Part shown: in pieces, positions 26,994 to 30,804 of the stretch
How positions within the stretch are numbered: the first letter of the stretch is position 1
Layout of the letters: every line of letters starts with the position of its first letter
Origin: a virus
Lineage: Duplodnaviria > Caudoviricetes
Virus record (IMG/VR): IMGVR_UViG_3300012953_000127
Location: 1-30,804 of that record
DNA: 30,804 nt
Reading direction: 5' to 3' (one strand)
Notes under the pieces: model-generated
Told to the model about the DNA's origin: nothing
Seen by the model: only the letters and a program-made list of their open reading frames with translations
The model's database searches: none
Program-made: the position numbers and the translations under genes

Positions 26994-27227
26994 GTGGCAA
27001 TCAATCCAAAATACCAAATAGGAGATTTAGTTAAGGCGTGCTATACGTTTTATGATTACTATCATCCAGAAGAAGATGATGATTTATTTTACCCGTGGAG
27101 CGGCATTGTTGTTGATATGTATTGGGATGAAGATTATTTCGGCGATGATGCGATATATGATGTGCTTTGTACGGACGGAACACAGCGTCTCTTCGCTGAG
27201 TGGGAACTGCATTTGATTCAGCGATGA
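26994..27227 (+). CDS. Small SH3/KOW-like protein
   Basis: YQIGDLVK...GIVV...YDVL..DG....F.EWEL. Confidence 0.65.
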   Translation: MAINPKYQIGDLVKACYTFYDYYHPEEDDDLFYPWSGIVVDMYWDEDYFGDDAIYDVLCTDGTQRLFAEWELHLIQR

Positions 27228-27247
27228 GATTTAGAAACAAAAAATGC

Positions 27248-27276
27248 TTGACAATCTCGACCAGAGTTGATATTAT
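27248..27276 (+). promoter_or_regulatory. Sigma70-type promoter for the tRNA region
   Basis: TTGACA-17bp-TATTAT, 13 nt before tRNA-Leu. Confidence 0.85.
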
Positions 27277-27289
27277 AAGAGAGTAGCAA

Positions 27290-27375
27290 GGGAGAGTGGT
27301 GGAATGGTAGACACAGGAGACTTAAAATCTCCTGCTCTGATGAGCGTGCGGGTTCGACTCCCGCCTCTCCTACCA
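27290..27375 (+). tRNA. tRNA-Leu(TAA)
   Basis: GGGAGAG/CTCTCCT acceptor, GGAGA-CTTAAAA-TCTCC anticodon arm, long variable arm, GGTTCGACTCC, encoded CCA. Confidence 0.95.
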
Positions 27376-27507
27376 ACAACAGAGCATCGAGAGCATTACG
27401 AGAAGCCAGTAATGATAGAAGAGTTGACTAAGTTGAACGATTTGGAAGTATTTGTCTATACTTACAAGGGAGAACTAATCAACATCAAGTCCCGATGGAG
27501 ATAGAAA

Positions 27508-27711
27508 ATGACAAATAGAACAGACATGTGGGAGAATCAGGTGGAGCTACTGACACGACAGTGCCAGAGAATGACACGCAAGATTGATGAGTTAGAAAGT
27601 AGATTGCATTATTTTGAAGGAGTTGTCGCCACTTTGTTGGTGGCGCTTAAAGAGGGCGGCGTTATAGTTGCCGAAGACGAGAGTACAGAAGACAAAACAT
27701 ACGAGTTTTAA
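27508..27711 (+). CDS. Small coiled-coil protein
   Basis: GGAG SD; heptad pattern. Confidence 0.65.
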   Translation: MTNRTDMWENQVELLTRQCQRMTRKIDELESRLHYFEGVVATLLVALKEGGVIVAEDESTEDKTYEF

Positions 27712-27717
27712 TAAAAT

Positions 27718-27793
27718 GGGTCCATAGCTCAACTGGTAGAGCATCGGACTTTTAATCCGCAGGTTCCGGGTTCGAGTCCCGGTGGACCCACCA
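27718..27793 (+). tRNA. tRNA-Lys(TTT)
   Basis: GGGTCCA/TGGACCC acceptor, CTTTTAA loop, GGTTCGAGTCC, CCA. Confidence 0.95.
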
Positions 27794-27803
27794 TTTTATA
27801 TAA

Positions 27804-27880
27804 GGGCTTTTAGCTCAGTTGGTCAGAGCACCCGGCTCATAACCGGATTGTCGTAGGTTCAAGTCCTACAAGGCCCACCA
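27804..27880 (+). tRNA. tRNA with CAT anticodon, probably Ile2 (lysidine-modified)
   Basis: GGGCTTT/AAGGCCC acceptor, CTCATAA loop, CCA. The body resembles bacterial tRNA-Ile2 and lacks initiator features. Confidence 0.9.
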
Positions 27881-27897
27881 TCAACAAAGGAGAAAAT

Positions 27898-28137
27898 ATG
27901 CTGCCATACACAGCAATATATCAAAACAGCGAAGGCGAGATCACACACCAAAAGTTGCAAGCCTCTAACGATAAGCGACAGGCTTGGTCACAGTTGTGTG
28001 ATCGCAGGCATAATGACGGAGAATGTTTGATTTTACTTGTGCCTGGGGATCATCCTGTGGTACAATATGAAGACACATTGGAAAACAAGCAGATTGATTT
28101 GTTTGATAATCTTAGCCCTGATAGCTCAGTTGGATAG
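27898..28137 (+). CDS. Hypothetical protein; 3' end overlaps tRNA-Arg
   Basis: AAGGAG SD; the stop TAG lies in the tRNA D-arm. Confidence 0.65.
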   Translation: MLPYTAIYQNSEGEITHQKLQASNDKRQAWSQLCDRRHNDGECLILLVPGDHPVVQYEDTLENKQIDLFDNLSPDSSVG

Positions 28138-28191
28138 AGCATCGGTCTTCTAAACCGAGGGTCGTAGGTTCAAATCCTACTCAGGGTGCCA
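28115..28191 (+). tRNA. tRNA-Arg(TCT)
   Basis: GCCCTGA/TCAGGGT acceptor, TCGGT-CTTCTAA-ACCGA anticodon arm, GGTTCAAATCC, CCA. Confidence 0.95.
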
Positions 28192-28209
28192 TTTTTTAAG
28201 GACATACGA

Positions 28210-28578
28210 GTGAACGATTTTTATTTTTCAAAAGCTGCTATCCCACGTCAGGCACGTCAAGCGCCTGACTTGCGCGAAAGCCTGCGTGCATATGTAACCG
28301 AGCGCCTACTTAAAGTCGCCGATGTTTGCTTGATGCACGACGAAGACCCATTTAGAAAAGAGTTTGGACATATTCATCGTCGCTACGCGAACATGTTGCT
28401 GATGGTCACAGAAGCGATTCAAGATGTGGATTATTTGGCCAAATCAATCATCACTTGGATACAGGAAGATTTTGTCTCGGCAACCAGTGGTGCTCAAAAA
28501 GATGCTGCTGGTCTGTGTGGCGCCGAGCTGATAAAGATTTTAGACATTCATAAGGAGAATAAAAATGGAAGCACATGA
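28210..28578 (+). CDS. Hypothetical protein
   Basis: Start re-called to the GTG after an AAGGA SD, outside the tRNA. Confidence 0.65.
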   Translation: MNDFYFSKAAIPRQARQAPDLRESLRAYVTERLLKVADVCLMHDEDPFRKEFGHIHRRYANMLLMVTEAIQDVDYLAKSIITWIQEDFVSATSGAQKDAAGLCGAELIKILDIHKENKNGST

Positions 28579-28831
28579 AATACCAGTAGATTGTTTTTCA
28601 ATACGCTATACTGCCACTGGAAGCACGGAGGAGTTGACATCTGTGTGGGAGTTCTATCGAGAGCAGTACCCGACGATTCAATATGGAACCCGTGTCGAAC
28701 AGCGCAGTGAGAATACAATCATTATACACAGGTTCAAAACAATAAAGGATTGCAAAAATGCTTGCTTACACGAAGTATCCGACGCCCCACTTGAGAAGGG
28801 TAAAGACCACACCATTTTTCAGACTACTTAA
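28565..28831 (+). CDS. Hypothetical protein
   Basis: AAGGAG SD. Confidence 0.7.
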   Translation: MEAHEIPVDCFSIRYTATGSTEELTSVWEFYREQYPTIQYGTRVEQRSENTIIIHRFKTIKDCKNACLHEVSDAPLEKGKDHTIFQTT

Positions 28832-28843
28832 AGGGGGGTAAAA

Positions 28844-29152
28844 ATGTTTGATATGAAGATGAACAAGAAAGTTATCTGTAAGGACGGATTTACAATGTCT
28901 GTGCAAGCAGGAGAGACACAATACTGCCACCCTCGTGAAACAGGCGCAGACAGATATACCGAGGTTGAGATTGGGTTTCCTAACGAGCAAGAGGATTTGC
29001 TTCTGGAGTTTGCGGAAGATAGTGATCGACCGACTGAAACAGTTTACCCATACGTCCCCGCACCACTTGTCACGCTCGTGATTGCAAAGCATGGTGGAAT
29101 GGTATCAGGCGAGCTACCCGCAGGCATCCCATACTTGAGGGCAGACCTATGA
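28844..29152 (+). CDS. Conserved phage hypothetical protein
   Basis: C.DGF.MSVQA....YC.PR...Y..VEIGFP...TVY.YVP...I.KHGG pattern recalled from other phages. Confidence 0.7.
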   Translation: MFDMKMNKKVICKDGFTMSVQAGETQYCHPRETGADRYTEVEIGFPNEQEDLLLEFAEDSDRPTETVYPYVPAPLVTLVIAKHGGMVSGELPAGIPYLRADL

Positions 29153-29394
29153 GCGATGTAGCTACGCTGGCGTTTGCAATCGGTTTGTTTCTGATGTTCG
29201 GATTTGCCGTTAATCATTTTTCAGAATCAGTTTACTGGTGGATTGCAGATCGCAGAGCACAAAAAGAAGACGAGAAAATGTTAAAAGAACAAGAAAATCA
29301 GGAAGAAAATGAGCCCGACAACGTAGTTAGTTTAGATGAGGTAAGAAACAAAGTTACCTATTATATTGACTACGGTGATGACACTATACATTGA
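29149..29394 (+). CDS. Small single-TM protein
   Basis: N-terminal hydrophobic helix, acidic tail. Confidence 0.7.
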   Translation: MSDVATLAFAIGLFLMFGFAVNHFSESVYWWIADRRAQKEDEKMLKEQENQEENEPDNVVSLDEVRNKVTYYIDYGDDTIH

Positions 29395-29512
29395 GCTTTT
29401 AGCAGAACCATTTACCATCTTAACCCTGACGATTATTACATTCTACGGGTTCGGATGGGTTTTAGAAAAGTGTGCAGATTTACTTGGGATTGAAGAAGAT
29501 GATGATTGGTGA
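29378..29512 (+). CDS. 44-aa single-TM microprotein (not in the ORF track)
   Basis: MTLYIELLAEPFTILTLTIITFYGFGWVLEKCADLLGIEEDDDW*; fills the gap and overlaps both neighbours. Confidence 0.6.
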   Translation: MTLYIELLAEPFTILTLTIITFYGFGWVLEKCADLLGIEEDDDW

Positions 29513-29621
29513 GTTGATGATGATGATGGTGGGCATTTTGTTGGCTTCAACGTTGGTTTCATTTGGTTTGATTATTGGAACAGAAATGGTATTAAGAAGT
29601 ATCAATGGAGATTTGGATTGA
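29499..29621 (+). CDS. 40-aa single-TM microprotein (not in the ORF track)
   Basis: MMIGELMMMMVGILLASTLVSFGLIIGTEMVLRSINGDLD*; its stop abuts the next ATG. Confidence 0.6.
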   Translation: MMIGELMMMMVGILLASTLVSFGLIIGTEMVLRSINGDLD

Positions 29622-29831
29622 ATGAAGCGCGGCGATTTGGTGGTTGCACATTACGACGAGCAAAGAGGGATTGAATGTATTGGTTTGGTTTTGGAAGTCA
29701 GAAAAGCAGAAGTAAGAAAGTACAGCAACACGAAGAGAGAGAAAGACGCAAAAATAATGTGGTCGTCTCCGTCCTCACCGACTGGATGGTGGCGAGAGGA
29801 CCAGTTAAGGTTAATAAGTGAAAGTCGGTGA
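29622..29831 (+). CDS. Small SH3/KOW-like protein (array unit 1)
   Basis: MKRGDLV...GLVL...IMW....W...QLRLISESR. Confidence 0.75.
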   Translation: MKRGDLVVAHYDEQRGIECIGLVLEVRKAEVRKYSNTKREKDAKIMWSSPSSPTGWWREDQLRLISESR

Positions 29832-30003
29832 CGTTGTGCGCTGGTCGCTGCCGGATTATTTCGGAAGCATAGCCACGACACAGATGGGTGTTATAGTTAA
29901 AATGCATATCGTCAACGGCGCAGATGTGGCGTGGTTCGGTGATGATATGCGCGTCACCTGGGTGCCGCTGCTTGAGCTTGAGGTAATAAGTGAAAGTCGG
30001 TGA
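29812..30003 (+). repeat. Exact 20-bp direct repeat at gene junctions (29812-29831 and 29984-30003)
   Basis: TAATAAGTGAAAGTCGGTGA occurs twice, flanking array unit 2. Confidence 0.95.
29818..30003 (+). CDS. Small SH3/KOW-like protein (array unit 2)
   Basis: MKVGDVVRW...GVIV...VAWF....W..L.ELEVISESR. Confidence 0.75.
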   Translation: MKVGDVVRWSLPDYFGSIATTQMGVIVKMHIVNGADVAWFGDDMRVTWVPLLELEVISESR

Positions 30004-30196
30004 TATAGTAAAGTGGTGCATCACTAATAATGATGAGCAACCACTTATTGAGTTTGAATACGGAACGGTTATTAGGCTGCGTACTGGCGACTTTGTTCGG
30101 GAATCCGATCCGATGGATATGGCTCTCGTATTATTCACAGATGGCACCCAGGACTGGATCAGGGTGAGAAATCTTCAGGTTATTTCTGAAGCGTGA
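29990..30196 (+). CDS. Small SH3/KOW-like protein (array unit 3)
   Basis: MKVGDIVKW...GTVI...VLF.DG..DW...NLQVISEA. Confidence 0.75.
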   Translation: MKVGDIVKWCITNNDEQPLIEFEYGTVIRLRTGDFVRESDPMDMALVLFTDGTQDWIRVRNLQVISEA

Positions 30197-30261
30197 CATT
30201 TGATGACAAACTTTCTATTGACTTCCTCTTCCGCGTGTGAGATAATACAGGGGTAATCAAG
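30193..30261 (+). promoter_or_regulatory. Promoter cassette A
   Basis: GTGACATTTGATGAC box, TTGACT-17bp-GATAAT, then GGTAATCAAG. Confidence 0.75.
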
Positions 30262-30275
30262 ACACGGAGTTCATT

Positions 30276-30629
30276 TTGATTAAGACCTGTAAGCATTGTA
30301 ACGTAGACTTTGACACGCGCTCAAGCGCAAAGCGAGCCGCAGGCGGTAGGATTAACGAGTGCCCGTCGTGCGTGGAGGAGCTTGGCACCGAGACTACGGT
30401 AAAGTATCTGGGGCTCTCGTCTGGTGACGGCAAAGCCGCTGCCATTTCTATTGTTGCTTTTGAAAGCGATGAGGATCGCAGCGCATATGCGTCTGCGTGG
30501 AAAGCGAACACCGGACACAACGGTGGCTATGGTGGTCATTTGTCAAGTTCTAACCCGTCTATCGGTGGACGCCCTATGCGGCACGTCGGCTATAATGCAG
30601 GCAACAGCAACCACAAAGGCAAGCTGTGA
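30276..30629 (+). CDS. Zinc-finger-like protein with a Gly-rich C-terminus
   Basis: CKHC...CPSC; GGAG SD before a TTG start. Confidence 0.7.
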   Translation: MIKTCKHCNVDFDTRSSAKRAAGGRINECPSCVEELGTETTVKYLGLSSGDGKAAAISIVAFESDEDRSAYASAWKANTGHNGGYGGHLSSSNPSIGGRPMRHVGYNAGNSNHKGKL

Positions 30630-30684
30630 CATTTAGTGACTTGCGTTTCTCGCGCACCTGTTGTATAATATAAAGGTAATCAAG
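30626..30684 (+). promoter_or_regulatory. Promoter cassette B
   Basis: GTGACATTTAGTGAC box, TTGCGT-17bp-TATAAT, then GGTAATCAAG. Confidence 0.75.
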
Positions 30685-30693
30685 GAGGGCTCT

Positions 30694-30804
30694 ATGGGCT
30701 ATCGTTCGGAAGTAGTTTTGGTTGTTGGTAAAGAGGTTATGCCTCAGTTTATGGTCACGATGGCGAAGTCGCCAGAGGCCCGCGCCATGTGCTTCGCAGA
30801 GGCA
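30694..30804 (+). CDS. Hypothetical phage protein, 3'-truncated (MGYRSEV...)
   Basis: AAGGAGG SD; frame open to the window end. Confidence 0.7.
   Translation, partial: MGYRSEVVLVVGKEVMPQFMVTMAKSPEARAMCFAEA

Noticed and set aside
27304-27504. 66-aa ORF starting inside tRNA-Leu
   Set aside because: The N-terminal half is the tRNA. Only a 30-aa remnant (27412-27504) is possible, and it lacks a good SD.
29812-30003. CRISPR array or att-site interpretation of the 20-bp repeat
   Set aside because: Only two copies, the spacer is a whole gene, the repeat is not palindromic, and no cas or integrase gene is in the window.
30193-30207. Canonical Pho box
   Set aside because: The repeat period is 10 bp rather than 11, so it is kept only as an unassigned direct-repeat box.
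990-30539. All minus-strand ORFs and nested alternative-frame ORFs in the track
   Set aside because: They overlap well-supported + strand genes and have no recognisable motifs; they are shadow frames.
1-30804. Stop-codon reassignment
   Set aside because: Conserved genes are full length in the standard code and end in TAA, TAG and TGA. No suppressor tRNA was seen.

Overview
Gene-dense window with every credible gene on the + strand. It is most likely part of a large (jumbo-type) dsDNA bacteriophage genome using the standard genetic code. Left (1-10.3 kb): replication and nucleotide genes (C-family DNA polymerase DnaE, dUTPase, phage Dam-type methyltransferase, IMPDH/GMPR, thioredoxin-like protein, GapR/DsbA-like protein), plus a ClpP, a J-domain-like protein and a stand-alone sigma-70 region-4 protein. 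Middle (10.4-25 kb): a second ClpP, GroEL, a degenerate Dam homologue, a trypsin-like protease and several probable virion or virion-cargo proteins preceded by a CTATTTA motif. One of these is a Pol-beta-type nucleotidyltransferase whose N-terminus resembles the T4 capsid-targeting sequence. Right (25-30.8 kb): small accessory genes under sigma70-type promoters, four tRNAs reading A-ending codons, and a family of small SH3/KOW-like genes, three of them chained by an identical 20-bp dual-coding junction. All family assignments come from motif recognition by eye; no database searches were run.
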